Part shown: positions 54,754-64,000 of the stretch, piece by piece | Layout of the letters: each line of letters starts with the position of its first letter | Position numbering within the stretch: the first letter of the stretch is position 1 | Assembly: GCA_045656765.1 (NCBI GenBank) | Contig: JAZORU010000030.1 | Span: forward strand, 1,728 to 65,727 | DNA: 64,000 nt | Reading direction: 5' to 3' | DNA from: Eubacteriales bacterium | GTDB lineage: Bacteria; Bacillota; Clostridia; Oscillospirales; CAG-272 | The notes under the pieces: model-generated | The model's input: the letters and a program-made list of their open reading frames with translations, nothing else | Told to the model about the DNA's origin: nothing | Database searches by the model: none | Translations under genes and position numbers: made by a program

Positions 54754-56808
54754 TCAGATTCCCGATTTAATAATTTTGGGCTTTGAGCTTTTAAGCGCTT
54801 TTTCTGCTTTGAGCTTCTTCTCTGTATTTATTATCATTCCGACGATAATGAAAATAATCGAAAGAATCGCAACGAGTCCGCCGACAGCCGCGCCCGCATT
54901 AAGAGGCTCGCCTGCGATAATCGTGCCGATGGTATAAACGAGGTATGCTACACTATAGCCTACCGAAAGCTGAAGCCCGATACCGCCCCAGAGCCATTTT
55001 GCACTTTTCATTTCCGCACCCATTGCCGCTATTGCCGCAAAGCAGGGGGGAGAGAAGAGGTTGAACATAAGATAAGCGAGAGCCGCAACCTTGGTAATTG
55101 CCATAATTCCTGCAACCTCACCGCCTGCGCCTTCTATCAGGGCAAGCTCTTCCGTGTTGATAAGATTCTCAAGGCCGACGAAGCAAACTGCAAGCGTGCC
55201 GACGACGTTTTCCTTGGCTATAAAGCCCGTGATAGCCGCCGCTGCGAGCTGCCAGGAAAGAACGCCAACGACAGGCAGAAGAATATATGCAAATGGGGAC
55301 GCGACGGATGCGAGAATTGATTTGTCAGCACTCTCGGCTACAGCAAAGCTCCAAGTGAAAGTTTGCATTATCTGAACAGCCATATTGCAGAGCAAAATAA
55401 CGGTAGTTGCTTTTACAATATAAGCCCAGCCGCGACTGCAGGTCGATTTAAACGCACCCCAAAGCGACGGCGCCTTATATTCGGGAAGCTCTATGATGAA
55501 GAATGACTTTCTTGCCTTGTGTCCCGTGATTTTGTTCACGAGCAGAGCACCGAGGAAAATGATAGCGATGCCCGAGAAATACATAAGCGCGCTTACCCAC
55601 CAGCCGTCACCGAAAAACGCACCTGCAAAAAGGGCGATAACGGGAATTTTAGCCCCGCACGGCATAAAGGGTGCAAGCATAGCGGTCGCTCTGCGCTCGC
55701 GCTCGTCTCTTACGGTACGGCTTGCCATAATGCCGGGGACGGCACATCCTACGCTGATAACGAAGGGGATGACCGACCTTCCCGAAAGTCCGACGCGCTT
55801 GAAAATAGGGTCAAGCACTACAGCCGCACGCGACATATATCCGCAGTCCTCAAGCAGTGCTATGAGGAAATACATTACCATAACGAGAGGAAGGAAGCCA
55901 ACGACGGCAACGACACCGCCGATAACGCCGTCAACGAGAATAGCTGAGAGCAGGGGATTAGCCCCTTCAAAGAGTGTGCCTACCCAGCTCTGAAAGCTCT
56001 CAAGCAGAGGAACGAGTCCGGGGATAAATTTGCCGTTTATTTCAACACCATCGGCTATCCACGTGCCGAGGGTCGTTTGCGATATGTAGAAAACAAGAAA
56101 CATAACTGCGGCGAATATCGGAATACCGAGCCACCTGCTTGTGAGCAGGTTATCTATCTTGTCGCCGATGTTTTTATCCTTGGTTAAAACCTTGCGCGTT
56201 TCAACCTCTTTTACTATTTTGTTTACGAACTCAAAGCGCGCGCGGTCTGCCGCTTCAGCCTGTGCCTTGGTGGTAAGCTCGGACGCGTTATGTGCGTAGG
56301 GGGCGATTTGTTCTTTGCCCTCTTGCGCGATTGCCGTTTCGATTAAAGTCTTCAAGCCGTCAGCCGACGTGGATACGGTTTTCACAACGGGACAACCGAG
56401 CTTTGCCGAGAGGGAGATTTCGTCTATCTCGTTTCCTTTTTTCTTGCCAATGTCACTTTTGTTTAGAGCAACGACGACGGGAATACCAAGCTCAAGCAGC
56501 TGTGTTGTGAAAAACAGACTGCGGCTGAGATTATCCGCGTCAACTATGTTGATAATAACGTCGGGGCTCATATTTTTTACGTATGAGCTTGTAACACCCT
56601 CTTCGCTTGTGAAGGGGGAGATAGAGTATGCGCCCGGAAGGTCAACGGCAAAAATTCGCTTGCCGTCCGAAAACGTTTTCTTTATTTGGTGTTCTTTTAT
56701 ATCTACGGTAACTCCTGCCCAGTTTCCGACCTTTTCGTTTGCACCCGTCAGCGCGTTGAACATCGTCGTTTTTCCTGAGTTGGGGTTGCCTGCCAAAGCA
56801 ATTTTCAT
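54754..56808 (-). CDS. feoB: Ferrous iron transporter B
   Basis: GNPNSGKTT, VGNWAGVT, DLPGAYS, NKSD, LEDCGYMSR, FMPCGAK, FIIELPEY, AKENVV. Confidence 0.96.
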   Translation of the reverse strand: MKIALAGNPNSGKTTMFNALTGANEKVGNWAGVTVDIKEHQIKKTFSDGKRIFAVDLPGAYSISPFTSEEGVTSSYVKNMSPDVIINIVDADNLSRSLFFTTQLLELGIPVVVALNKSDIGKKKGNEIDEISLSAKLGCPVVKTVSTSADGLKTLIETAIAQEGKEQIAPYAHNASELTTKAQAEAADRARFEFVNKIVKEVETRKVLTKDKNIGDKIDNLLTSRWLGIPIFAAVMFLVFYISQTTLGTWIADGVEINGKFIPGLVPLLESFQSWVGTLFEGANPLLSAILVDGVIGGVVAVVGFLPLVMVMYFLIALLEDCGYMSRAAVVLDPIFKRVGLSGRSVIPFVISVGCAVPGIMASRTVRDERERRATAMLAPFMPCGAKIPVIALFAGAFFGDGWWVSALMYFSGIAIIFLGALLVNKITGHKARKSFFIIELPEYKAPSLWGAFKSTCSRGWAYIVKATTVILLCNMAVQIMQTFTWSFAVAESADKSILASVASPFAYILLPVVGVLSWQLAAAAITGFIAKENVVGTLAVCFVGLENLINTEELALIEGAGGEVAGIMAITKVAALAYLMFNLFSPPCFAAIAAMGAEMKSAKWLWGGIGLQLSVGYSVAYLVYTIGTIIAGEPLNAGAAVGGLVAILSIIFIIVGMIINTEKKLKAEKALKSSKPKIIKSGI

Positions 56809-56846
56809 CCTATGCATACTCCTTTCTGTTAGCCTTTTAGTTAAAA

Positions 56847-57068
56847 TCAGTCTTCCTTGACGGTAATGGCTTCTGCAAGCGGCACGTCAATGCTGTATCT
56901 TGCATCCTTTATAGAAATCGTAGAGCCGCCGCGGCGGTGGGAGATGACGGTAACACTCTCTCCTGTGTAGCATCCGAGAGAGAACAGGAAAGCGTCAAGC
57001 TCCTCGTCGTTCGTGCTGATATTTTTAATTATGTATTCTTTTCCCTCTTGTGCTTCTCTTAGTTTCAT
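56847..57068 (-). CDS. feoA: Ferrous iron transport protein A
   Basis: 73 aa, FLFSLGCYTGESV, IKDARYSID; directly upstream of feoB. Confidence 0.92.
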   Translation of the reverse strand: MKLREAQEGKEYIIKNISTNDEELDAFLFSLGCYTGESVTVISHRRGGSTISIKDARYSIDVPLAEAITVKED

Positions 57069-57094
57069 GTCAAATACCGCCGTATGTTTTGCGT

Positions 57095-57147
57095 AGTTAG
57101 CCGCCGCTAACCGAACGTTTATAAAATGCAGTTAGCCACCGCTAACC
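57095..57147. promoter_or_regulatory. Two tandem DtxR/IdeR-like operator boxes upstream of feoA
   Basis: AGTTAGCCGCCGCTAACC (57095) and AGTTAGCCACCGCTAACC (57130), each a GTTAGC-N4-GCTAAC palindrome. Confidence 0.75.
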
Positions 57148-57316
57148 TATAATAAGTATAGCGGCTTTTCCTTGATTTGTCAATATTTTTTTGTGAAAAA
57201 TTTTGAGGCTTTTGTTTTTTTGTAAAAACTGTATTGTTTTTACCATTGCACTCCGAGCTTTTTTGTGCTATAATATAGCAAAAGAATGATAAAAATTGCT
57301 TTATGGAGAGCTTGTT

Positions 57317-57682
57317 ATGTCACTCAAACCGTCGGGCGAGATGTATCTCGAAACAATTTACGTGCTTTCAAACACGAAAAAAGCCGTACGTTCTATTGAT
57401 ATTTCAGAAAAAATGAATTATTCAAAGCCGAGCGTCAGCCGTGCCGTAGGTCTCCTTAAAAAAGAGAACTATATAAGCGTAGACGGCGACGGATATATCA
57501 CTCTTACCGAGGCGGGACTTTCGCTTGCGAAAAAGATATACGAGCGCCACACGGTCTTGACAATGGCACTCGCGATGCTCGGAGTTGACGAGGATACGGC
57601 AAGCGAGGATGCCTGCAGGATAGAGCACGTTATCAGCGATAAAACCTTTGAAGCTTTGAAAAAATATATAGATAATATATAA
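57317..57682 (+). CDS. DtxR/MntR family metal-dependent regulator
   Basis: SGEMYLETIY, VRSIDIS, SKPSVSRA, IYERH, EDACRIEHVIS. Confidence 0.92.
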   Translation: MSLKPSGEMYLETIYVLSNTKKAVRSIDISEKMNYSKPSVSRAVGLLKKENYISVDGDGYITLTEAGLSLAKKIYERHTVLTMALAMLGVDEDTASEDACRIEHVISDKTFEALKKYIDNI

Positions 57683-57736
57683 AATGAACTCGGCGGCAGA
57701 GAGTAGGTTCTCTGCCGCCGAGCTTTTTTTGTTTTA

Positions 57737-58378
57737 TCATAAAAGTGCCGCGACAGCCGCCGCTCTGTCGGGTTTACCGAATACAGACGAGCCTGCAACA
57801 AGCACGTCAACTCCGAGATCTGTGCAGGTTTTTGCGTTTGACGCGTCAATTCCTCCGTCAACCTGTATAAGAAAACCGAGTCCCTTTTCTCTGCGTATAC
57901 TGTCGAGGGCTTCTACCTTCGGAAGCATATCCGCCATAAATTTCTGACCGCCAAAGCCGGGCTCAACCGTCATAACGAGAAGCATATCTATGTCCGCGAG
58001 GTATTCCTCTATTGCAGACACGGGAGTTTTTGGCTTTATCGAAATGCCGACCTTTTTGCCTGCCGCCTTTATTTTATCTATCGTTTCCTTGATTTTGTCG
58101 GTAGCTTCTGCGTGGAAGGTTATCATGTCCGCTCCCGCGCGCACGAAATCGTCTACGTAGCGTATCGGCTCGTTTATCATCAGATGAACGTCAAAGAAAA
58201 TGTCCGAGTGTGGACGAAGAGCCTTGATTACGGGTGCGCCGAAGGATATGTTCGGAACGAAAGCACCGTCCATTACGTCGAGGTGAAGCCATGGCGCGCC
58301 TGCCTCGCTTACGCTTGCAACTTCTTCCTTCAGTTTTGAAAAATCAGCGGCGAGAAGAGATGGGGATATAATTGTCAT
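57737..58378 (-). CDS. rpe: Ribulose-phosphate 3-epimerase
   Basis: ISPSLLAADF, HLDVMDGAFVPN, DVHLM, MTVEPGFGGQKF, VDGGI, VAGS. Confidence 0.97.
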   Translation of the reverse strand: MTIISPSLLAADFSKLKEEVASVSEAGAPWLHLDVMDGAFVPNISFGAPVIKALRPHSDIFFDVHLMINEPIRYVDDFVRAGADMITFHAEATDKIKETIDKIKAAGKKVGISIKPKTPVSAIEEYLADIDMLLVMTVEPGFGGQKFMADMLPKVEALDSIRREKGLGFLIQVDGGIDASNAKTCTDLGVDVLVAGSSVFGKPDRAAAVAALL

Positions 58379-58562
58379 GATTTTTGCCTTTCTTTTTATC
58401 ACAGGTTTTCACACCTGCCATATATTGATATTGTAAAGCCTTATCTTTACAGCTCGCGGAAGTAGGCTGCATACCGAAGTATAAGCTGCGGGAAGTCATC
58501 CTTTTTTATGCCGCCGCCACCGCTTATATATATCTGCCGTGCCGAGAGGTGCGGCAGAGCCT

Positions 58563-59036
58563 TTACATACTGTCTATAAGACAAACGGCAGAGCTTGAGA
58601 TTCCTTCGCCCTTGCCGGTAAAGCCGAGACCTTCCTCGGTCGTTGCCTTTACGTTTACGCAGTCTACGTCAAGTGCGAGCGCCTCTGCGATATTCTCTCT
58701 CATTTTATCTATGTGCGGGCGCATTTTCGGTGCTTGTGCGATTATAGTTGCATCTATATTAAGTATGCGGTATCCGCGCTCTCGCAACATCTCGCCGCAG
58801 AGAGACAGAAGCTTTTTGCTGTCTGCACCCTTGTATTTTTCGTCAGTGTCCGGAAAATGCTTGCCTATGTCGCCGAGCGCCGCCGCGCCGAGCAGAGCGT
58901 CGCTTATTGCGTGGAGCAAAACGTCAGCGTCCGAGTGCCCGAGAAGCCCAAGTGCGTATTCAATTTTCACACCGCCGACGATAAGGTCGCGTCCTTCGAC
59001 GAGACGGTGCACGTCATATCCTTGTCCTATTCTCAT
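58563..59036 (-). CDS. ispF: 2-C-methyl-D-erythritol 2,4-cyclodiphosphate synthase
   Basis: [40 protein letters not shown]. Confidence 0.97.
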   Translation of the reverse strand: MRIGQGYDVHRLVEGRDLIVGGVKIEYALGLLGHSDADVLLHAISDALLGAAALGDIGKHFPDTDEKYKGADSKKLLSLCGEMLRERGYRILNIDATIIAQAPKMRPHIDKMRENIAEALALDVDCVNVKATTEEGLGFTGKGEGISSSAVCLIDSM

Positions 59037-59851
59037 TTGCGCTTACCTGCTTTTTGCTTTTTTGCTTTCTTTGCTTTTGCTTTGATTATTTCGAGCCTTT
59101 TTGCTTCTTCTTTTCTGTTTTTCAGTATTGCTTCAGCAAGCAAAAGATCGGTCTTCGTGGTTATCTTGATGTTTTCGTCCCCTACGTTGACGGGCGCTAC
59201 GTCAAAGCCTATGCGCTCAAGCAGGCTCGCATCGTCCGTTCCTGCGAAGTTTTCCTTTTTTGCCATATACGCGCACGCGCGGTAGATGTCAGCGCGTATT
59301 ATCTGAGGCGTGGAAGCGAGCCAAACCGTGCTTCTGTCGGGAGTTTCTTTTACTCTGTCTGCTTCAACTATCTTTATCGTGTCTTTAGCTCGTGATGCGG
59401 CAATAGCCGCGCCTACCTCGAAGGCAGTGACTGCAACGTCGCGTATCTGCTCGGGTGTAATAAGGCATCTTGCCGCGTCGTGTATAGCTACGAATTTTAC
59501 GTCGTCGCTTATTTTTTCAAATGCCGCGAGGGCGCTGCTCTGTCTGTCGGCACCTCCTGCGGTCACGCATTTCATCTTTTTAATTCCGTATTTCTTTACG
59601 ATGTCACGGTATAAGGGAATCTCGTCTCTTTTTGCCGCGACGACTATTTCGTCGATATAAAGGCACTCCTCAAAAGCAAGAAGAGTGTGCGCGACAACGC
59701 TTTTACCGCATATCTCGACCTGTTGCTTCGTCCTGTCCGCGCCGAGCCTCGTACCTGAGCCCCCCGCAAGTATAAGCGCGGCGACCTTCGGTCTTTTCGT
59801 TCCTTTTATTGCATGAATTATACTTGCAAGAACAAATCCCGTTTTCTTCAT
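59033..59851 (-). CDS. ispD: 2-C-methyl-D-erythritol 4-phosphate cytidylyltransferase
   Basis: [42 protein letters not shown]. Confidence 0.95.
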   Translation of the reverse strand: MKKTGFVLASIIHAIKGTKRPKVAALILAGGSGTRLGADRTKQQVEICGKSVVAHTLLAFEECLYIDEIVVAAKRDEIPLYRDIVKKYGIKKMKCVTAGGADRQSSALAAFEKISDDVKFVAIHDAARCLITPEQIRDVAVTAFEVGAAIAASRAKDTIKIVEADRVKETPDRSTVWLASTPQIIRADIYRACAYMAKKENFAGTDDASLLERIGFDVAPVNVGDENIKITTKTDLLLAEAILKNRKEEAKRLEIIKAKAKKAKKQKAGKRK

Positions 59852-59861
59852 TTATAAACAC

Positions 59862-60188
59862 CTACCTGTAATAAACATAGTGTGCAATTACCGTATGTAC
59901 CTCGCCTCCGCGTTCAATGTCGGGTGCAGTGATAACCACTCCGTCCTTTGAAAGAAGCTCGGATGCGTCCATTTCCTCTATCCTGCATCTCATACTGTCC
60001 TTGCCGTAAGTGCTGACGATAAGCTCGTCACCCTTTATCGAAATACACCCGTCCTTGCCTATGACCTCTTCAATGCCGTTTATTCTCTCGGTAACGTATC
60101 TTATGCGCTTGCCGCTGATACGCTCTGCCATCTCATAACGGTAGGCTTTCGTGCCTTCCTTCTTCTTTTTTTTGAAAAGTGAAAACAT
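59862..60188 (-). CDS. Hypothetical protein (108 aa)
   Basis: AGGAG RBS, natural composition, first gene of the ispD-ispF run. Confidence 0.7.
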   Translation of the reverse strand: MFSLFKKKKKEGTKAYRYEMAERISGKRIRYVTERINGIEEVIGKDGCISIKGDELIVSTYGKDSMRCRIEEMDASELLSKDGVVITAPDIERGGEVHTVIAHYVYYR

Positions 60189-60383
60189 CAGAACTCCTGC
60201 CTTTTTGCGTATTTTTGCTTTTTGCTCTTGCTTTTACTTTCACACTGTGATATAATGAAGCGTACGTCACGTTGGTTTTCTTCCTTATTATAATATTATA
60301 ATGCGTACCGAAAACCTTCCATACAGTATTGTACCACATATCTATTATATTTTGCAATATTATCTTGAAAAACGGTGAGAATT

Positions 60384-61319
60384 ATGACTAAAAAAAATAT
60401 GCTCGGCAACGCCCTGCTGCTTATTACCGCGATAGTCTGGGGTGCTTCCTTCGTTGCACAGGCGGTAGGAGGAGCTCTCGGCACGTTTTCCTTTAACGGT
60501 ATTCGTGCCTTGATAGGTTCTGCAGGAATCGGCGCGGTCGTGCTTTTTCAGAGACTTATTACGAAAAAGAAAACGCCAAATGACAAAACGCTTTTCCTTG
60601 GCGGTATCTCCTGCGGACTCGTCGTGTTTGCCGCGTCCTCACTTCAGCAGTACGGGCTCAATCTCGGAGTATCGAGCGGAAAGTGCGGATTTATTACTGC
60701 TCTTTATATCGTAATCGTTCCTATTATATATAAGGCGATGAAAAAGAAGGTCAGCCCGATGATATGGGTAAGCGTCGCTTGCGGTGCCGTCGGACTTTAT
60801 ATGCTTTGTATGGATTCGAGCTTCGATATGTCAAATCCCCTGAAAAGCATCATCAACTCGTTTTCGTTCGGGCTTGGCGAGCTTGCCGTTCTTATGGCGG
60901 CGGTGCTTTTTGCGGTTCATATTATAATTATCGACGCGTTTGCCCCGAAGGTCGACTGCGTAAAGATGTCGGGACTGCAGTTTCTCGTCGTAGGTGTGTT
61001 GTCGCTTCCGATAATACTGTTCATAGAGCAGCCGAGCCTTGAAGCAATAACACTTCAGGCATGGCCCATTCTGTATGCGGGTCTTATGTCCTGCGGCGTT
61101 GGATATACGCTTCAGATGGTAGGGCAGAGTATGACGAAGCCCACGGTCGCCTCACTTCTTATGTCGCTCGAGAGCGTATTTGCCGTAATTTTCGGTGTAA
61201 TACTGCTCAGCGAGAGCCATACGCTCTTTGAATACATAGGCTGCGTTCTCGTTTTTGGTGCTGTGATAGTTGCTCAGCTGCCTCAAAAAAGCGATGCAAA
61301 CAAGGCGGAAAAAGAGTAA
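60384..61319 (+). CDS. DMT/EamA family transporter
   Basis: AIVWGASFVAQ, GFITALYIVIVP, GYTLQMVGQ, SLESVFA; ~10 TM. Confidence 0.92.
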   Translation: MTKKNMLGNALLLITAIVWGASFVAQAVGGALGTFSFNGIRALIGSAGIGAVVLFQRLITKKKTPNDKTLFLGGISCGLVVFAASSLQQYGLNLGVSSGKCGFITALYIVIVPIIYKAMKKKVSPMIWVSVACGAVGLYMLCMDSSFDMSNPLKSIINSFSFGLGELAVLMAAVLFAVHIIIIDAFAPKVDCVKMSGLQFLVVGVLSLPIILFIEQPSLEAITLQAWPILYAGLMSCGVGYTLQMVGQSMTKPTVASLLMSLESVFAVIFGVILLSESHTLFEYIGCVLVFGAVIVAQLPQKSDANKAEKE

Positions 61320-61467
61320 AAATATTTTTGTTCAGATAAAATCGGGCGGGTAAAAATTATTCCGCCCGATTTTTAACAAAACCACTTTTGGTAAAAGTGC
61401 ACAAAAACAAGAACGAAATTTCGTTAAAATTTCTACATAACTTTTTTGTTTTTCTTCAAAAAAACTA

Positions 61468-61496
61468 TTGCAAAAAGCATATATATAATGTATAAT
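61468..61496 (+). promoter_or_regulatory. Promoter of S10 operon
   Basis: TTGCAA, 17 nt, TATAAT. Confidence 0.75.
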
Positions 61497-61504
61497 TGTA
61501 AGGC

Positions 61505-61595
61505 TTGATGTGCGATGAAGCGAAAGGTTGCCGTCGACGGACGGGTAATTTTCGTGGAGTATGTCCGATAAACGGGCGAACAAAGCGACATCTAC
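61505..61595 (+). ncRNA. S10 operon leader RNA (S10-Clostridia-like r-leader)
   Basis: GCGATGAAGCGAAAGGTTGCCG...CGGGTAATTTTCGTGGAGTATGTCCG...GGGCG in the long rpsJ 5' UTR; recognised from memory, ends approximate. Confidence 0.6.
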
Positions 61596-61729
61596 AGCAA
61601 CGCATTCCCGGATGAAATTATGTCTGCTTCACATAATCTATCCGGTTTTAAAACGGGTGTTGATGAAACACACGGCGCGTTGTAAGCAGATGTACCACGC
61701 CCCCCATTATTTAATAAGGAGGCAAAACA

Positions 61730-62041
61730 ATGGCAGTTAAGGAAAAGATCAGAGTTAAGCTCAAGAGCTACGACCACAAGATCATCGATGCAGCAGCAGA
61801 GAAGATAGTGGAAGTTGCAAAGAGAAACGGCGCTACCGTTTCGGGTCCTATACCGCTTCCCACCGAGAAGGAAATAGTAACCATTCTCCGTGCGGTTCAC
61901 AAGTATAAGGACAGCCGTGAGCAGTTTGAAATGCGCACGCACAAGAGACTGATTGACATTCTCAAGCCCTCGCAGAAGGTTGCTGAGGCTCTTGCGGGAA
62001 TCGAACTTCCCGCAGGCGTTGAGATGGAAATCAACCTTTAA
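61730..62041 (+). CDS. rpsJ: 30S ribosomal protein S10
   Basis: [34 protein letters not shown]. Confidence 0.99.
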   Translation: MAVKEKIRVKLKSYDHKIIDAAAEKIVEVAKRNGATVSGPIPLPTEKEIVTILRAVHKYKDSREQFEMRTHKRLIDILKPSQKVAEALAGIELPAGVEMEINL

Positions 62042-62157
62042 TTCTGATAAACAGTCAGGCAAAAGAACAAGTGTACCTCACTTGGTCAAGTTGATGCGAA
62101 GCACGAAAGTGAAAATTCAAACGTATCAACCAATAACCTTTTAAGGAGGAAAAACAA

Positions 62158-62787
62158 ATGAAGAAAGGCATTATCGGAAAGAAAATCGGTATGACACAGA
62201 TCTTCGACGAGAAGGGCAACGTCATTCCGGTAACCGTCATTGAAGCGGGTCCGTGCGCAATCGCACAGAAGAAGACGGTTGAAACAGACGGCTATGAGGC
62301 TTTGCAGCTTGCATTCGAGGATGCAAAGGAAAAGCACAGCACCAAGGCCGAGATCGGTCACGCAAAGAAAGCGGGACTTACCCCCAAGAAGCATCTCAAG
62401 GAGTTCAGACTTGAGGACTGCAGTGCTTACAACGTAGGCGACGTTATAACAGCCGATACCTTCGCCGCAGGCGAGAAGGTCGACATTACAGGTATAACAA
62501 AAGGCCGCGGATACACGGGTCCTGTAAAGAGATGGGGACATCACATTCTTCGTATGACACACGGTACCGGTCCTATCCACAGACAGCCCGGTTCTATGGG
62601 TGTTATCGACCCTGCAAGAATCTTCAAGAACAAGAAGATGGCAGGTCAGTACGGTAACGAGCAGGTTACAGTACTTAATCTCAGCGTAGTTAAAATCGAC
62701 AGCGAAAAGAACCTTATCGCAGTTAAGGGTGCCGTTCCCGGTGCCAAGGGCGGTATCGTGTTCATTCGCGATTCTGTAAAAGCGTAA
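62158..62787 (+). CDS. rplC: 50S ribosomal protein L3
   Basis: [36 protein letters not shown]. Confidence 0.99.
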   Translation: MKKGIIGKKIGMTQIFDEKGNVIPVTVIEAGPCAIAQKKTVETDGYEALQLAFEDAKEKHSTKAEIGHAKKAGLTPKKHLKEFRLEDCSAYNVGDVITADTFAAGEKVDITGITKGRGYTGPVKRWGHHILRMTHGTGPIHRQPGSMGVIDPARIFKNKKMAGQYGNEQVTVLNLSVVKIDSEKNLIAVKGAVPGAKGGIVFIRDSVKA

Positions 62788-62805
62788 CGGAAGGAGGAAA
62801 TAACG

Positions 62806-63429
62806 ATGCCAAGCATAAAAGTTGTAGATATGGCAGGTAAGGAAGTAGGAAGCATGGAGCTTTCTGAAAAGGTTTTTGCGGCAAACGTAGACCAGTCCGT
62901 CCTCCACTCAGCAGTTAAAGTTTATCTTGCAAATCAGAGACAAGGTACACAGTCCACTCTTACACGCTCTGAGGTTTCCGGCGGCGGAAAGAAGCCCTGG
63001 AAGCAGAAGGGTACAGGAAGAGCACGTCAGGGTTCTACCCGTTCACCCCAGTGGACACACGGCGGTATCGCTCTCGGCCCGAAGCCCCGTTCCTACCGTC
63101 TTACCCTTAATAAGAAGGTTAGATGTGCAGCAATGTTCGGAGCACTCAGTGCAAAGGTTGCAGGCTCGGATATGATAGTTGTAAACGAGATCAAGACCGC
63201 AGAGTACAAAACAAAGAACATGACCGCAATGCTCAAAGCTATCGGAGCTGAAGGCAAAGCGCTCGTTGTTCTTCCCGAGGTTGACAGTGCAGTAATTAAG
63301 AGCTGCGCAAACATCCCCGGCGTAAAGACGGTTCAGTTCAATGAGATCAACACCTACGACATTCTCAATGCCGACAAGGTCGTTATCGCAGAGGCTGCCG
63401 TAAAGAAGATCGAGGAGGTTTATGCGTAA
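62806..63429 (+). CDS. rplD: 50S ribosomal protein L4
   Basis: [33 protein letters not shown]. Confidence 0.99.
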   Translation: MPSIKVVDMAGKEVGSMELSEKVFAANVDQSVLHSAVKVYLANQRQGTQSTLTRSEVSGGGKKPWKQKGTGRARQGSTRSPQWTHGGIALGPKPRSYRLTLNKKVRCAAMFGALSAKVAGSDMIVVNEIKTAEYKTKNMTAMLKAIGAEGKALVVLPEVDSAVIKSCANIPGVKTVQFNEINTYDILNADKVVIAEAAVKKIEEVYA

Positions 63430-63725
63430 TGAAGGCTATACAGGATATTATCATAAAGCCCATCATCACCGAGAAAAGCATGGACATGCTCGCTGACAAG
63501 CGTTATGTTTTCAAGGTAATGAAGAACGCTACAAAGCCCGAGATTGCAAAAGCAGTTGAGGAAATGTTCGACGGTGTTAAGGTTGCATCCGTAAACACCA
63601 TCAACATGAAGAAAAAGCCGAAGAGACTCGGCGTTCACGCAGGCTACACGTCTGAGTGGAAAAAGGCGATCGTAACACTCACAGCTGATTCGAAGAGCAT
63701 AGCTTTCTTTGACAGCTTGAACTAA
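63429..63725 (+). CDS. rplW: 50S ribosomal protein L23
   Basis: [29 protein letters not shown]. Confidence 0.98.
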   Translation: MKAIQDIIIKPIITEKSMDMLADKRYVFKVMKNATKPEIAKAVEEMFDGVKVASVNTINMKKKPKRLGVHAGYTSEWKKAIVTLTADSKSIAFFDSLN

Positions 63726-63744
63726 TGAAAGGAGGAACTGACTA

Positions 63745-64000
63745 ATGCCTACAATTAAGTACAAGCCTACTACCCCGTCGAGAAGACAGATGACGGCTCC
63801 GTCTTTTGAGGAAGTTACAAAGTTTACTCCTGAAAAGAGCCTTATAGAAATAAAGAAGAAGCATTCCGGTCGTAACAGCTACGGCAGAATCACCGTAAGA
63901 CACAAGGGTGGCGGAAACAAGGTTAAGTACAGAATTATCGACTTCAAGAGAAACACCAACGAAGGTGCAGCTACTGTTCTCGGTATCGAGTACGACCCCA
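63745..64000 (+). CDS. rplB: 50S ribosomal protein L2 (5' part, runs off window)
   Basis: [17 protein letters not shown]...[28 protein letters not shown]...IEYDP. Confidence 0.97.
   Translation, partial: MPTIKYKPTTPSRRQMTAPSFEEVTKFTPEKSLIEIKKKHSGRNSYGRITVRHKGGGNKVKYRIIDFKRNTNEGAATVLGIEYDP

Noticed and set aside
58400..58560. Riboswitch between ispF and rpe
   Set aside because: Several hairpins are present but I recognise no aptamer consensus.

Overview
Chromosomal window from a Clostridia-like (Bacillota) anaerobe, judged from gene content (ireB, DUF1292, nrdDG, clostridial-type 6S RNA and S10 leader). Most of it is housekeeping: dacA-like, tcdA, nrdD-nrdG-dut, glgB, lepA-hemW, dxs, nagA, feoAB, rpe, ispD-ispF, the start of the S10 operon, tRNA-Val(GAC), tRNA-Cys(GCA) and 6S RNA. 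It also holds a ~25 kb Wzx/Wzy polysaccharide locus (29823-54522) carrying a radical SAM / pyruvyl-transferase / FrhB-like trio and a 1713-aa repeat-bearing phosphodiester glycosidase. The most striking signal is a module after tRNA-Val. A tyrosine recombinase (7042-7887) is followed by three copies of a dif-like 19-21 bp site, one inverted relative to the other two. The first interval holds a near-consensus sigma-A promoter that currently points away from the cargo. The second interval holds only a terminator-like hairpin. This predicts a multi-state (OFF/LOW/HIGH) invertible promoter driving two small membrane proteins and possibly a structured ncRNA. Several multi-hairpin intergenic repeat elements and a Crp/Fnr-type site at -41.5 of the nrdD promoter are also visible. 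All calls are by eye from sequence and motifs; no searches were run.
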